Source: an uncultured Actinomycetes bacterium (GTDB lineage Bacteria; Actinomycetota; Thermoleophilia; UBA2241). From it: a DNA stretch of 64,000 nucleotides. The stretch lies in assembly GCA_963767005.1 (NCBI GenBank), contig CAVYCN010000004.1, forward strand, positions 480,001-544,000. The letters are read 5' to 3'. Every line of letters starts with the position of its first letter. Within the stretch, counting starts at the first letter, position 1. Under the pieces are notes generated by a model. It was given only the letters and a program-made list of their open reading frames with translations, did not search any database and was not told where the DNA came from. The position numbers and the translations under genes were made by a program. This document shows, in pieces, positions 1 through 9,604 of the stretch.

Positions 1-17
1 TCGATAGGGAAGCCGGC

Positions 18-1598
18 CTATTCTTGCCCGGCGGGCGCGGGTGTGGTCAGGCCGGCGGGTGCGTCCTGGTCGGGTGAGGCCGTCCGCACGGCGCTGTGCC
101 GGTTCCGGCCGAGTCCCGGCATGAAGGCCAGCGCCAGCGCCACGCCCAGAAGGGCGAAGACGGCCGACGCCAGCAACGAGGCATCGACCCCGGCGACGAA
201 GGCGTGGCGCACGGAATGCGCGAGCGCCGGCGCCTTGAGCTCGTCGGCGACGGCCAGGCCGGCGAAGACGCTGCCGCGCACGGCGTCGGCGGCCGGGCCG
301 GGCACGCCGGTCAGGTCGAGGTGGCCGCGGTAGACGGAGCTCAGCACGCTGCCCAGCACGGCGACGCCGAACGGCGCGCCGACGTTCTTGAGCGCCTGGA
401 GCACGCCCGAGCCGATGCCGGCTCGGTCGGCCGACAGCTCCGACAAGGCCGCCGACGCTGTGGTCAGCAGCGTGATGCCGACGCCGGCCCCGGCGATTGC
501 CATCCAGAGCGCGACGAAGCCGTCGTGCGAGCCCAGGGATGTGCGGCTGCCGAGGCCGAGGCCACAGGCCAGTACCACGAAGCCGGTGGCGGCGGTGAGC
601 TTGGCGCCGACGCGACGCGTCAGGCGGGCGGCCGGCACGGCGCCGACGAGCAGGCCGGCCACGAGGCTCAGCAGGCGCAGGCCGGAGCCCTGTGCCGTGA
701 GGCCGAGGACGGCCCGGAAGTACTGCGGCATGGTGAACATGATGCCGATCATGGCCAGCGTCATGATGGTCATGAGGATCACGCCCCAGGTGAACGACGC
801 CGACGAGAAGAGCGCCGGGTCGACGAGCGGCTGACCGCCGGGGCGGGTCGCGAGCCGGCGCTCCCAAACGAAGAAGCCGGCGAGCACGACCAGGCCGGCG
901 GCGATGGCAACGAGGGCCGTGAGGTCACTCCAGCCGGCCTGGCCGGCCTCGATCAGCCCATAGGTCACGACGGCCAGGCCGCCGCTCGACGTGAGCACGC
1001 CCAGCCAGTCGATGCCGGGGCGCGTCTGCGCGCGCGTCTCGGGGACGAGGGCGACCACGGCGCAAGAGCCGACGGCGGCGACCGGCACGTTCAGCAGGAA
1101 CACCCAGCCCCACCAGAAATGCGTGAGCAGCCAGCCACCGAGGATCGGGCCGATGGGGAAAGCGAGGAAGTTGGCGGCGCCCCAGACGGCGACCGCGCGG
1201 GGGCGCTCCTCCTCGCTGAAGAGGACGGCGAGCGCCGAGATGGCCATGACGATGACACCGGCGCCGGCGAGGCCCAGGGCGAGGCGCGCGATCAGGAACT
1301 CCGTGGCGGTGCGCGACTCGGCACAGGCGAGCGAGCCGACGGCGAAGAGGGCCAGCGAAACGAGCAGCACCTTCTTGCGGCCGTACCGGTCGCCGAGGAG
1401 ACCGGCCGGCAGCATGGCGGCGGCGAGCACCAGGGCATAGCCGGAGGAGAACCACTGCAGGTCGGACTCGGTCGCCTTGAGCGCAGCGGCGAGCGTCGGC
1501 AGGGCGAGGCTGAGGACGGTCACGTCGAGACCGACGGCGAGGACCGCGAGGGTGATCGCGCCGAGGGCCCACCAGCGACGGGCACCAAGGAATGACAT
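18..1598 (-). CDS. DHA2 (EmrB/QacA-type) MFS efflux transporter
   Basis: About 14 hydrophobic segments; LDVTVLSLALP N-terminal motif; motif A GLLGDRYGRKK; GPILGG and WGWVFLLNVP motifs; GGAGG RBS upstream. Confidence 0.92.
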   Translation of the reverse strand: MSFLGARRWWALGAITLAVLAVGLDVTVLSLALPTLAAALKATESDLQWFSSGYALVLAAAMLPAGLLGDRYGRKKVLLVSLALFAVGSLACAESRTATEFLIARLALGLAGAGVIVMAISALAVLFSEEERPRAVAVWGAANFLAFPIGPILGGWLLTHFWWGWVFLLNVPVAAVGSCAVVALVPETRAQTRPGIDWLGVLTSSGGLAVVTYGLIEAGQAGWSDLTALVAIAAGLVVLAGFFVWERRLATRPGGQPLVDPALFSSASFTWGVILMTIMTLAMIGIMFTMPQYFRAVLGLTAQGSGLRLLSLVAGLLVGAVPAARLTRRVGAKLTAATGFVVLACGLGLGSRTSLGSHDGFVALWMAIAGAGVGITLLTTASAALSELSADRAGIGSGVLQALKNVGAPFGVAVLGSVLSSVYRGHLDLTGVPGPAADAVRGSVFAGLAVADELKAPALAHSVRHAFVAGVDASLLASAVFALLGVALALAFMPGLGRNRHSAVRTASPDQDAPAGLTTPAPAGQE

Positions 1599-1660
1599 AG
1601 CAGCTACCTCCTTTCGGCATCGTCTAAGTTATGACAGTGTCTACCGAAAGAGGTTGGCTG

Positions 1661-3049
1661 TCAATCCGTGTTGGTCTTCCTCGCGCGCGTCGCTTTGCGG
1701 GACTGGGCGGGACCGTCGTCGGCGCAGACCAGGTTCTTGCCGCGCTTCTTGGCCTCGTACATGCGCCGATCGGCGACCCGGACGAGTTTCTCGGCGGCGT
1801 CGGCGTCGCATCCCAGGTTCGCCACGCCGACCGACGCGGTCACGCTGCGCCGGATACGGCTGTCGGCGAACGTGGAGCAGAGGTCCTCGACCGTCGAGCG
1901 GATACGTTCCGCCAGCCTGACCGCGTCGTCGAACCCGCAGCTCACCACCACCACGAACTCCTCGCCGCCGTACCTGGCCGCCACGTCTTCGCCGCGCAGC
2001 GCCGTCTTGATCGCCTCACCGACCTTGCGCAGCACGTAGTCGCCCTCCTGGTGGCCGAAGGCGTCGTTGTAGGCCTTGAAGTCGTCGATGTCGAGGAACA
2101 GCAGCGACAGCTCCTCGCAGCGGCCTGCCCTCGCGTGCCGCACCTGCGTGAGCAGGTAGCTCCTCAGGAATGCGTGGTTGTAGAGGGTGGTCATCTCGTC
2201 GACGATCGAGCGCCGCTCGAGCTCGCGGTCGCGGGTGAGGTCGCGCATGATGCCGCGGATCACCCGGCCGTCGGCGGGCCCCCCGTGCTCCATGCTCGCG
2301 TTGATCGAGGTGATCACGATCGTGCCGTCGGGTCGCCTGAACGAGACCTCGTGGTCGACCACGCGACCCCGCGTCTTCAGGGCGTCGATGAACGGCCCCC
2401 AATCCGAGTCGATCACGCTGAGATCGTCGAGGAGGTTGAGGCGGAGCATCTCGTCGCGCGAGCGGATCTGCAGAAGCTCGAGGCCGGCCGGGTTCAGGTC
2501 CTGCAGAAGGCCGTCGGGCGACATGACAAAGACGGCGTCCTCGAGCTGGTCGAACAGACGCCGGTACCTGGTCTCGCTCGCTTCGAGCGCCACCCGGGCT
2601 TCCTTCTGCGCGGTGATGTCGCGCGTGGTGTGGAAGTAGAGGTCGAGGCCCTCCGCCGTCTTCGCCCCCGTCGGGTACGCCGTCGTGAGCAGCCAGCGGC
2701 CGTGCTCCTCCGCGAAGAACTCCTTCTCGGTCGGACCGCCCTTGATGGCGTCCTCGACCGGGCAGCCGGGGTAGTTGTGGCTCAGCCCGTGCACGAACTT
2801 GGGGCAGTACTTGCCCTCGAGCTCCTGGAGCGTGACCCCATGCATCTGACGGAAGGCGAGATTGGCAAACTGGATCGTGTGGCGGGTATCGATGAGCAGC
2901 ACGTAGAACGGCAGGGCGTCGAGGATCTTCTCGAACTGCGCGCTGATCACCCGGCTCTGCCCGGTGCGCTCCGACGGCGCGCCGCTCAGGTCGAGCAGAT
3001 CGACGTCGCCGTCCAGGAAGTAGTCTTCGTGGCGCTCCAGCCGCCCCAT
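1661..3049 (-). CDS. Diguanylate cyclase with two PAS domains
   Basis: DIDDFKAYNDAFGHQEGD and ARYGGEEF motifs with an RxxD I-site (RGED); two PAS/PAC segments ending TRDIT and MRDLT. Start moved to ATG 3049 because the longer ORF overlaps the RCC1 gene. Confidence 0.93.
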   Translation of the reverse strand: MGRLERHEDYFLDGDVDLLDLSGAPSERTGQSRVISAQFEKILDALPFYVLLIDTRHTIQFANLAFRQMHGVTLQELEGKYCPKFVHGLSHNYPGCPVEDAIKGGPTEKEFFAEEHGRWLLTTAYPTGAKTAEGLDLYFHTTRDITAQKEARVALEASETRYRRLFDQLEDAVFVMSPDGLLQDLNPAGLELLQIRSRDEMLRLNLLDDLSVIDSDWGPFIDALKTRGRVVDHEVSFRRPDGTIVITSINASMEHGGPADGRVIRGIMRDLTRDRELERRSIVDEMTTLYNHAFLRSYLLTQVRHARAGRCEELSLLFLDIDDFKAYNDAFGHQEGDYVLRKVGEAIKTALRGEDVAARYGGEEFVVVVSCGFDDAVRLAERIRSTVEDLCSTFADSRIRRSVTASVGVANLGCDADAAEKLVRVADRRMYEAKKRGKNLVCADDGPAQSRKATRARKTNTD

Positions 3050-3150
3050 CGTCGCTCCGTCCGTGTCTTGGTACGGCAATTGTCGGAACAGACGATGCGA
3101 TCCTTGACCTGCGCGCCTGTCGAACCACCATGCGCGCCGTCGTCTCCTGC

Positions 3151-4569
3151 CTACTTCACCTCGGTCGGCACGTCCTTGTCGACCCAGTTGCCGATCCCCA
3201 GCGAGCCGAACAAGCCGTCGCCCCAGGCCCACAGCGTGCCGTCGCTCCTGATCGCCAGGGTCTGCTCGAGACCGCACGAGACCGACTTCCAGGTCGTGGC
3301 GCCGCCGACCTGGGCAGGCGTCTCGGCCTCGCTCGCCGTGCCGAGCCCCAGCTCGCCCGCGGAGGCGGACCCCCAGGCCCACAGCGTGCCGTCGGCGCGC
3401 ACGCCCAGGGTGAAGTTGTAGCCGCACGAGCTCGCCGTCCAGGTGCCGGCGCTGCCTATCTGGGTCAGCGTGTGGGGGTCGCTGGCGTCGTTGCCCAGGC
3501 CGAGCTGGTACTCGTCGTTGTGGCCGCAGCCCCACAGCGTGCCGTCGCTGCGCACCGCCGTCGTGTACCAGTCGGTGCCCGACGTCGAGACACCCTTCCA
3601 GGTCTGCCCTGTGGCGATGGCCGTGAAGGTGTCGACTTCGTCGGTCGCGCCGAGCCCGAGCTCGCCGTCCATGTTGTCACCGGCGCCCCAGAGGCTCCCG
3701 TCCGTCTGGAGCGCCATGGTGTAGCCGTAACCGCACGAGACCGCGGCCCAGGCGGCGTCCGTGCCGATCTGGGTCGGGCTGTCCTTCAGCGAGGTGCCGC
3801 CCAGGCCGAGCTCGCCGTCGGAGTCGCCGCCCCAGCCCCACAGCGTGCCGTCGCTGCGCACGGCCACCGTGTCGTCGTAGCCGCACGAGACCGCCTGCCA
3901 GGTGGTGCCGGGCTCGACCTCGGTCGGGCTGTCCTTCTGGGTCTCGTCGCCCAGGCCGAGCTCGCCGGTGTCGTTGTCGCCCCAGGCCCACAGGGTGCCG
4001 TCCGACCTGATGGCCACGGTGAAGTCGTAGCCGCACGAGACCGCCTGCCAGGTGGTGCCGGCGTCGACCTCGGCAGGGCTGTCGCGGTCGGCCGTGATCG
4101 CGCCGAGGCCGAGCTGGCCCCGGTCATGGTCGCCCCAGGCCCACAAGCTGCCGTCGCTGCGCAGCGCGACGGTGTGCGCCCAGCCGCAGGCGACGTGCGT
4201 CCAGGTGCGCACGTACAGCTTGACCCCCTTGCTCGTCACTTTGGTCGACCCCACGCGGTACTCGGCTTCGAGGCGCCACGTGCCGGCGCCGAGCGTCACG
4301 GACACGCTGAAGCGGTGCGACGACGACAGCTTGGCGGTCGTCAGCTTGCGCCACGAGCCGCCGACGTTCTTGAGGATCACGACGGACTTCGACCTGGAGC
4401 TCGCATGAGAGACGCTGCCCGACAGGTGGATCGAGCCGCCGATCGCCACGGTGTGCGGGCTGGCGGTGAGGCTGACGTGGGGGCGCGTTGTGGCGAGGGC
4501 TGCCGTGGGAAGAGCGAGCCACGACGCCGCGACGGCGAGGATGGCGAGCGCGATGTAGCGGTGTCTCAT
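3151..4569 (-). CDS. Secreted RCC1-repeat beta-propeller protein with N-terminal Ig-like domain
   Basis: Signal peptide; seven ~51-aa repeats of type VSCG..HT.A.RSDGTLWAWG.N..GELGLG. Confidence 0.9.
   Translation of the reverse strand: MRHRYIALAILAVAASWLALPTAALATTRPHVSLTASPHTVAIGGSIHLSGSVSHASSRSKSVVILKNVGGSWRKLTTAKLSSSHRFSVSVTLGAGTWRLEAEYRVGSTKVTSKGVKLYVRTWTHVACGWAHTVALRSDGSLWAWGDHDRGQLGLGAITADRDSPAEVDAGTTWQAVSCGYDFTVAIRSDGTLWAWGDNDTGELGLGDETQKDSPTEVEPGTTWQAVSCGYDDTVAVRSDGTLWGWGGDSDGELGLGGTSLKDSPTQIGTDAAWAAVSCGYGYTMALQTDGSLWGAGDNMDGELGLGATDEVDTFTAIATGQTWKGVSTSGTDWYTTAVRSDGTLWGCGHNDEYQLGLGNDASDPHTLTQIGSAGTWTASSCGYNFTLGVRADGTLWAWGSASAGELGLGTASEAETPAQVGGATTWKSVSCGLEQTLAIRSDGTLWAWGDGLFGSLGIGNWVDKDVPTEVK
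3160..4200 (-). repeat. Intragenic RCC1 tandem repeats (~150-bp period)
   Basis: Recurring cccacagcgtgccgtcgctg and gtagccgcacgagaccgc blocks. Confidence 0.85.
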
Positions 4570-4588
4570 GTCGGTCTCCTCGAGTCGG

Positions 4589-5176
4589 TCACATACGGGG
4601 CAGGGCGTCGGTCGCGAGCCGCTTCTCGGCGCCCAGCACGTTCTTCACGCCGATCACGGCGATTCTCAGGTACTCGTCGCCCTCGAGCACGCTGAGCGAC
4701 GCGTAGCCGTCCCAGTAGGCCTTGTCGCCGAGGCCGCCGATCGCCTGCGCCTTCACCTTGCCGCGGTAGTCCTGGAAGAACTTGAGCGCGTCGGGGCCGG
4801 TGACCAGGACGACCCGGACGCTGTCGTTGACCGGCACGTCGGCGCTTGCGCCCGAGGGCGCATGGGGTCCGTAGAAGACGGCGGCGACGCCGCCTTCGAC
4901 GGTCGCGTGGCCGAGGACCGGTGGCTTGACCGTCTGGCCCAGCGCGGCACCCGCCTCGGCGCGTGTGACGACGGTCATCGACGTCGCAAGAGCCTTGGTC
5001 GGGCTGCTTGAGGCCGTGGGTGTGGCGCCGCCGGAACCGCTCGGCGCCGGTGTGGTCGACGTACCTCCGGCGCTCGAGGACCCGGAACCGCAGGCCGCGA
5101 AGGCGCAGGCGGCGACGGCGCAGGCCGCCAGCGCGGCGACGGCACGGTGGATGGGTGAGACGTGGCGCATGGGCAC
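4589..5176 (-). CDS. Lipoprotein of unknown function
   Basis: Lipobox FAAC, Ser/Thr/Gly linker and a C-terminal IGGLGDKAYW domain; 19 bp upstream of the RCC1 gene on the same strand. Confidence 0.75.
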   Translation of the reverse strand: MPMRHVSPIHRAVAALAACAVAACAFAACGSGSSSAGGTSTTPAPSGSGGATPTASSSPTKALATSMTVVTRAEAGAALGQTVKPPVLGHATVEGGVAAVFYGPHAPSGASADVPVNDSVRVVLVTGPDALKFFQDYRGKVKAQAIGGLGDKAYWDGYASLSVLEGDEYLRIAVIGVKNVLGAEKRLATDALPRM

Positions 5177-5411
5177 TCCTGCATCGGGGCCGGTCCGCGG
5201 GCCATACTACACCGCTAAGAATCGTGGCGGCGAGCGAGGCGATGCGGCCCCGGGTCCCACTCGCCGCGCCGTGTCTTGCCTTGGCGGGAGTCAGGTGCGG
5301 TCCACGGCGGTGTGCGAGCGTGTCGCACACGGGCACAAAGGAAGGCGTGGAGGCGTCGACGGCGAACCCCGGAGCAGTCCACGCGGTCGATCTGAGACGG
5401 CAGGTGCATCC

Positions 5412-6701
5412 TTGAGGCCACTCGCTGCGCAGCGCAAGCCCCTGTCCGGGGAGGCGGCCTTTCTGGCCGTGATCATGGCGTGCGGCCTGCTGGCCGTCGC
5501 CCTGCTCGCCGGCTGCAGCGGCGCCGCGGCCGGTGGCCCGGCGTCGCCGAGCCCGAGCCCGGTGCCCAGCGCCAGCGTCGTCATCAGACCGACCCTCGGT
5601 GCGCGCCGCGTCGCGCCCGGCCGGCCGATCACCGTGCGCGTGCGCCACGGCCACATCGTGCGCGTGGTGGCGACGACCGGTGGCGCACCGGTCAGCGGCA
5701 CCCTGAACGCCGCCGGCACGCTCTGGCGTAGCAGCACCCCGCTCCATATCGACGCGCGCTACGCCGTGTGGGCGAGGGCCGTCGACGCCGCCGGTCGGAC
5801 GGTCACGCAGCGCACCTGGTTCCGCACACTCGTGCCGTCACAGACCGCCTCGGCCGAGATCTTCGAGGCCGCCGGCGGCACGTACGGGGTCGGGATGCCG
5901 ATCATGCTGACCTTCGACCGGCCCATCACGGACCGGCAGGCGGTGGAGCGCTCACTCGAGCTACGCACGTCGCGGCGAGTGGTGGGCGCCTGGTACTGGG
6001 ACGGGGACGCCACGCTCTACTTCCGTCCGCGCGACTACTGGCCGGCGGGCACGGCGGTGCGTCTCACCGCCCGGCTGAACGGCGTCGAGGTCTCGCCGGG
6101 CGTCTACGGGGCGCACGACCTGACCCAGAGCTTTCGGGTCGGCGAAGCGCTGATCGTCGTGGCGAACACGCAGACCCACCGCTGCCGGGTCTACCGCGGG
6201 CATCGTCTCTTCGCCGACTGGGCGATGAGCTCGGGTCGGCCCGGCGACGACACCCCGAACGGCACCTATCTGACGATCGACAAGGGCAACCCGGTCGAGA
6301 TGAAGGGTCCGGGCTACGACATGCTGGTGCCCTGGTCGGTGCGCTTCACGTGGAGCGGCGACTACCTGCACGACGCCTACTGGTCGGTCGGTGAGCAGGG
6401 CTTCACCAACGTGAGCCACGGCTGCGTCAACCTGTCACCTCAGGCCGCCCAGACGTACTACGAGCTCGAGGTGCCGGGCGACCCGGTCACGGTCCAGGGC
6501 AGCCCGCGGGGCGGCGTCTGGGACAACGGCTGGACGGTCTGGTTCCTGTCGTTCAAGCAGCTCTGCGCCGGCAGCGCGTTGCACAAGGCGGTGGTCGCCG
6601 GGCGCCACGGCAGCGTGTTCATGCGGCCGGGATCGCTCAGGCCTTCGCACGCCAAGGCTCCTTTGCGCAGGCCCCTGGCGAACAACGCGACGCCGGCGTA
6701 G
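5412..6701 (+). CDS. L,D-transpeptidase lipoprotein (Ig-like domains plus YkuD domain)
   Basis: Lipobox LAGC; GVGMPI motif; catalytic HDAYW...SHGCVNL. Start uncertain (TTG 5412 or ATG 5475). Confidence 0.92.
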   Translation: MRPLAAQRKPLSGEAAFLAVIMACGLLAVALLAGCSGAAAGGPASPSPSPVPSASVVIRPTLGARRVAPGRPITVRVRHGHIVRVVATTGGAPVSGTLNAAGTLWRSSTPLHIDARYAVWARAVDAAGRTVTQRTWFRTLVPSQTASAEIFEAAGGTYGVGMPIMLTFDRPITDRQAVERSLELRTSRRVVGAWYWDGDATLYFRPRDYWPAGTAVRLTARLNGVEVSPGVYGAHDLTQSFRVGEALIVVANTQTHRCRVYRGHRLFADWAMSSGRPGDDTPNGTYLTIDKGNPVEMKGPGYDMLVPWSVRFTWSGDYLHDAYWSVGEQGFTNVSHGCVNLSPQAAQTYYELEVPGDPVTVQGSPRGGVWDNGWTVWFLSFKQLCAGSALHKAVVAGRHGSVFMRPGSLRPSHAKAPLRRPLANNATPA

Positions 6702-6721
6702 GCGCGGGCGGCCGCCAGGGC

Positions 6722-8059
6722 TCAGGCGGGCGGCCCCGCGGCGAACTGGACGACGCTCGAGTGCTGTGTCCCCGACTCGTCGTCCCAGACCATCTGCACG
6801 GCGTCGCCCGGCACGTGGCGGCAGAGCACGGCGCTCAGGGCCTCGGGCGAGTCGAGCGTCCGGCCGTCGAGCGCGACGATGAGGTCGCCGGACGTGATGC
6901 CCGCCTGCGCGGCCGGCGTGTCATCGAGGACGCCCTTGACGGCGAGGCCGTGGCCGCGGGCGGCGCCGACCTGGATGCCCAGGAACGCGGTCTGGCCGAC
7001 GTGGACCGTGTCGGAGCCGTGCCCCGCCTGGATGAGCCTGACCTCCGCCATGGCGGCGTCGATGGGGATAGCGAAGCCCCTCTTCTTCAGGAAGCTCAAC
7101 GATTTCCGCGAGCCGGCGGTGTCGATGCCGATGACGCGCCCGTGCCGGTCCACGAGTGGGCCGCCGGAGTCGCCCGGCTCGATGTCGGCATCGGTCGCGA
7201 TCATGTGGTCCAGCCGCTCCGACGTGTTGTCGTAGACGTCGGTCGACTCGATGCGCTCCTCGAGTGCCACCACGGTCCCGGCGGCGGCGCTCGGGGTGCC
7301 GCCCTTGCCGCCGGCGTTGCCGATGGCCACGACCGCGTCGCTGAGCCTGAGCTTGGACGAGTCGCCGAGCCGGGCCGCGGGCAGGCCGGCCGCTCCCTCG
7401 AGCTGCAGCAGCGCCAGGTCGTGGCTGCGGTCGTAGCCGACCACGGTGGCCGTGAACTGCTGTCCGGTGCCGACGTCGAGCGCGTGGATGGTCCCGGCGC
7501 CGGCGATCACGTGGTTGTTGGTCAGCACGAGGCCGTCCGGGCTCAGCACGATGCCGGTTCCCTCGGCCTCGGTGTCCGCCTGATAGGCCAGCGTGGCCGT
7601 GATGTCGACGACCGTGGGGTCGACCATGCTCGTGACCAGGCCGGTGCTGTCGGCGGAGAGGGTGCCGGCCCCGGTCTGCGTCCGGCCGACCGCGTCGGCC
7701 CACCAGTGCGCCCCGAGGCCGAGCGTGGCGACGGCCGCCGTGACGCAGATCGCGGCGAGCAACCAGGCCGGGCTGCGCGCCGGGCGTCGCTGGATCGGGA
7801 CCCGGACGGCGACCGGCCGCCAGTCGGCGGCCCAGGGCGGGGCGCTGGGCGAGCCGGGCTCGCGCCACTGCGAGGTGTCGGTGGCGGGCGCGGGCCATGC
7901 GGGGCCGGGCCGGCTGGCCGGGTCGGGCTGCTGCCGGGCGAGACCGTCGCCCGGCCCGGGCGGTGATGGCTCTGGCACTGCGGCTCCTGCCACGGGTTCG
8001 GGCTCGCGGGCCGGGGATCTCACGCCGCCGCTGCGGCGGACGATCTCCCGGAAGCACAA
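6722..8059 (-). CDS. HtrA/DegP-like membrane-anchored serine protease with PDZ domain
   Basis: LTNNHV, HDLAL and GDSGGPL triad motifs; C-terminal PDZ; one TM segment; start uncertain. Confidence 0.92.
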   Translation of the reverse strand: MCFREIVRRSGGVRSPAREPEPVAGAAVPEPSPPGPGDGLARQQPDPASRPGPAWPAPATDTSQWREPGSPSAPPWAADWRPVAVRVPIQRRPARSPAWLLAAICVTAAVATLGLGAHWWADAVGRTQTGAGTLSADSTGLVTSMVDPTVVDITATLAYQADTEAEGTGIVLSPDGLVLTNNHVIAGAGTIHALDVGTGQQFTATVVGYDRSHDLALLQLEGAAGLPAARLGDSSKLRLSDAVVAIGNAGGKGGTPSAAAGTVVALEERIESTDVYDNTSERLDHMIATDADIEPGDSGGPLVDRHGRVIGIDTAGSRKSLSFLKKRGFAIPIDAAMAEVRLIQAGHGSDTVHVGQTAFLGIQVGAARGHGLAVKGVLDDTPAAQAGITSGDLIVALDGRTLDSPEALSAVLCRHVPGDAVQMVWDDESGTQHSSVVQFAAGPPA

Positions 8060-8121
8060 GAGCGAGCCGGTCCTCCCGTCTGTATCGACACGGGCGCGCC
8101 CAGGCTCAAGGAAAGAGCGAA

Positions 8122-8169
8122 GAAGCGGTGGGGCGGGCGGCGCGTGAGCGCCGCCCGCCCCACCGCTTC
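8122..8169 (-). terminator. Intrinsic terminator hairpin
   Basis: Perfect 22-bp inverted repeat with a 4-nt loop just after the 8192 stop; T-rich tail on the minus strand. Confidence 0.8.
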
Positions 8170-8191
8170 GTGGGGCGGAACGGTCGGAGGG

Positions 8192-8791
8192 TCAGACGGC
8201 CGAGGCGGCCTCGACGCGTGCCTCGCGCTGGGTCAGCACGGCGCCGGCGGTCGCTACCGCGGCCGCGACACGGCGGGCGTGGACGAAGCCCAGTCCCGCG
8301 AGGACCAGCAGGATGGCCGCTCCGACGAACATCACGTAGGACGCGATGCCGGCGATCTGGGCCACCTTGGAGAAGGCGTAGGCGTTCAGCAACATGCCGC
8401 GCAGGGTCGTGCCCTGGAAGAGGGTCGCCTCTTGGGTCTTGAGCGTGGTGTTGGTCGGATCGGCCAACGCCGCGCTGCTGACCTGCGAGTAGGTCTTGCC
8501 GCCGGCGACCTCGGAGAGATGCACGGCGATGAAGTGGTCGGCGTAGGTCTCCGCCTGGGCGCCCGTGACGAGCTGCTGGCCGGCGTACCGCCGCATGGCG
8601 GCGAACTGCGGGCCCGCGGTCGCGGAGCTGCCCTTCGGCGGGAAGTAGATCTTCTGCATCGCGAGCTGGTTGTGGACCTGGTTGCCGATGAAGCTGTGGC
8701 CCCACACGAGCAGCCCGCCGGCCGCGAGGAGAACGATGGCGACGACCAGTCCGGCCGAGCTCACGACGTTGTCGATTGTCCTACGGGTCAT
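8192..8791 (-). CDS. Conserved actinobacterial two-TM membrane protein
   Basis: N- and C-terminal TM helices; YADHFIAVH and TLFQGTTLRGMLLNAY motifs; GGAGG RBS. Confidence 0.8.
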   Translation of the reverse strand: MTRRTIDNVVSSAGLVVAIVLLAAGGLLVWGHSFIGNQVHNQLAMQKIYFPPKGSSATAGPQFAAMRRYAGQQLVTGAQAETYADHFIAVHLSEVAGGKTYSQVSSAALADPTNTTLKTQEATLFQGTTLRGMLLNAYAFSKVAQIAGIASYVMFVGAAILLVLAGLGFVHARRVAAAVATAGAVLTQREARVEAASAV

Positions 8792-8971
8792 CTCGATCCC
8801 TCCTCTTGTGACCGCGGCGCGGCCTCAGGTTCACTGCTCGGCTTTGAGCCTAGGACGGCGTGGGGGTCCTTGAGAATCGGAGGGCGTCTCGTTGTTGTGT
8901 AGGACGCGCGACGCCGGACGGTCGGCGTCTGTCCTACAGGCGCAGCGCGCACACCTCGCCACCGCGCCGAG

Positions 8972-9604
8972 CTACTCGAGGAGACGGTTGTCGGCGGCGT
9001 AGCGCATGAGCTCGGCGTTGTTGCGCAGCTGCAGCTTGTCGAGGACGCGGGCGCGATACGTGCTCACCGTCTTGACGCTGAGCGCGAGCTCGCGGGCGAT
9101 CTCGGACACCGTCTCGCCCGAGGCGAGCAGGCACATGACCTGGTACTCGCGGTCCGAGAGCGTGTCGTGGGCCGGCTGCTCGTCCTCGCGCAGCACGAGC
9201 GAGGCGAGGTGCTCGGCGAGCGACGCGCTCACGTACCTGCCGCCCCGCGAGACCTTGCGGATGGCGGCGACCAGCTCCTCGGGCGCGCTGTCCTTGGCGA
9301 GGTAACCGGACGCCCCCGCGCGCAGGGCGCGCACGGCGTACTGCTCCTCGGGGTGCATGCTCAGCATGAGCACGGGCAGCCGGGGCCGCTCGCGCTTGAG
9401 CTGGGTGAGCGCGTCGATGCCGCTCTTCACCGGCATCGTGATGTCGAGCAGGACGACGTCGAACGCGTCGCTGCGGGCCCTGGCGAGGGCTTCGACGCCG
9501 TCGCCGGCCTCGCCGGCCACGACCAGGTCGGGCGCCTCCTCGATGATCTGCTTGAGCCCGCGACGCACGATCGGGTGGTCGTCGGCGATCAGGATCCTCA
9601 GCAT
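8972..9604 (-). CDS. NarL/UvrY-family response regulator (REC plus LuxR HTH)
   Basis: ILIADDHPIVRRGL, phosphoacceptor in LLDITMP, LSDRE...SVKTVSTY HTH; overlaps the kinase stop. Confidence 0.95.
   Translation of the reverse strand: MLRILIADDHPIVRRGLKQIIEEAPDLVVAGEAGDGVEALARARSDAFDVVLLDITMPVKSGIDALTQLKRERPRLPVLMLSMHPEEQYAVRALRAGASGYLAKDSAPEELVAAIRKVSRGGRYVSASLAEHLASLVLREDEQPAHDTLSDREYQVMCLLASGETVSEIARELALSVKTVSTYRARVLDKLQLRNNAELMRYAADNRLLE

Noticed and set aside
3050-3535. N-terminal extension of the cyclase in the ORF track
   Set aside because: It overlaps the RCC1 gene in another frame and is Arg-rich shadow sequence; ATG 3049 has an RBS.
3160-4200. Periodic repeats as a possible CRISPR array or diversity-generating retroelement
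   Set aside because: They are in-frame RCC1 coding repeats; there is no cas or reverse transcriptase gene and no repeat-spacer structure.
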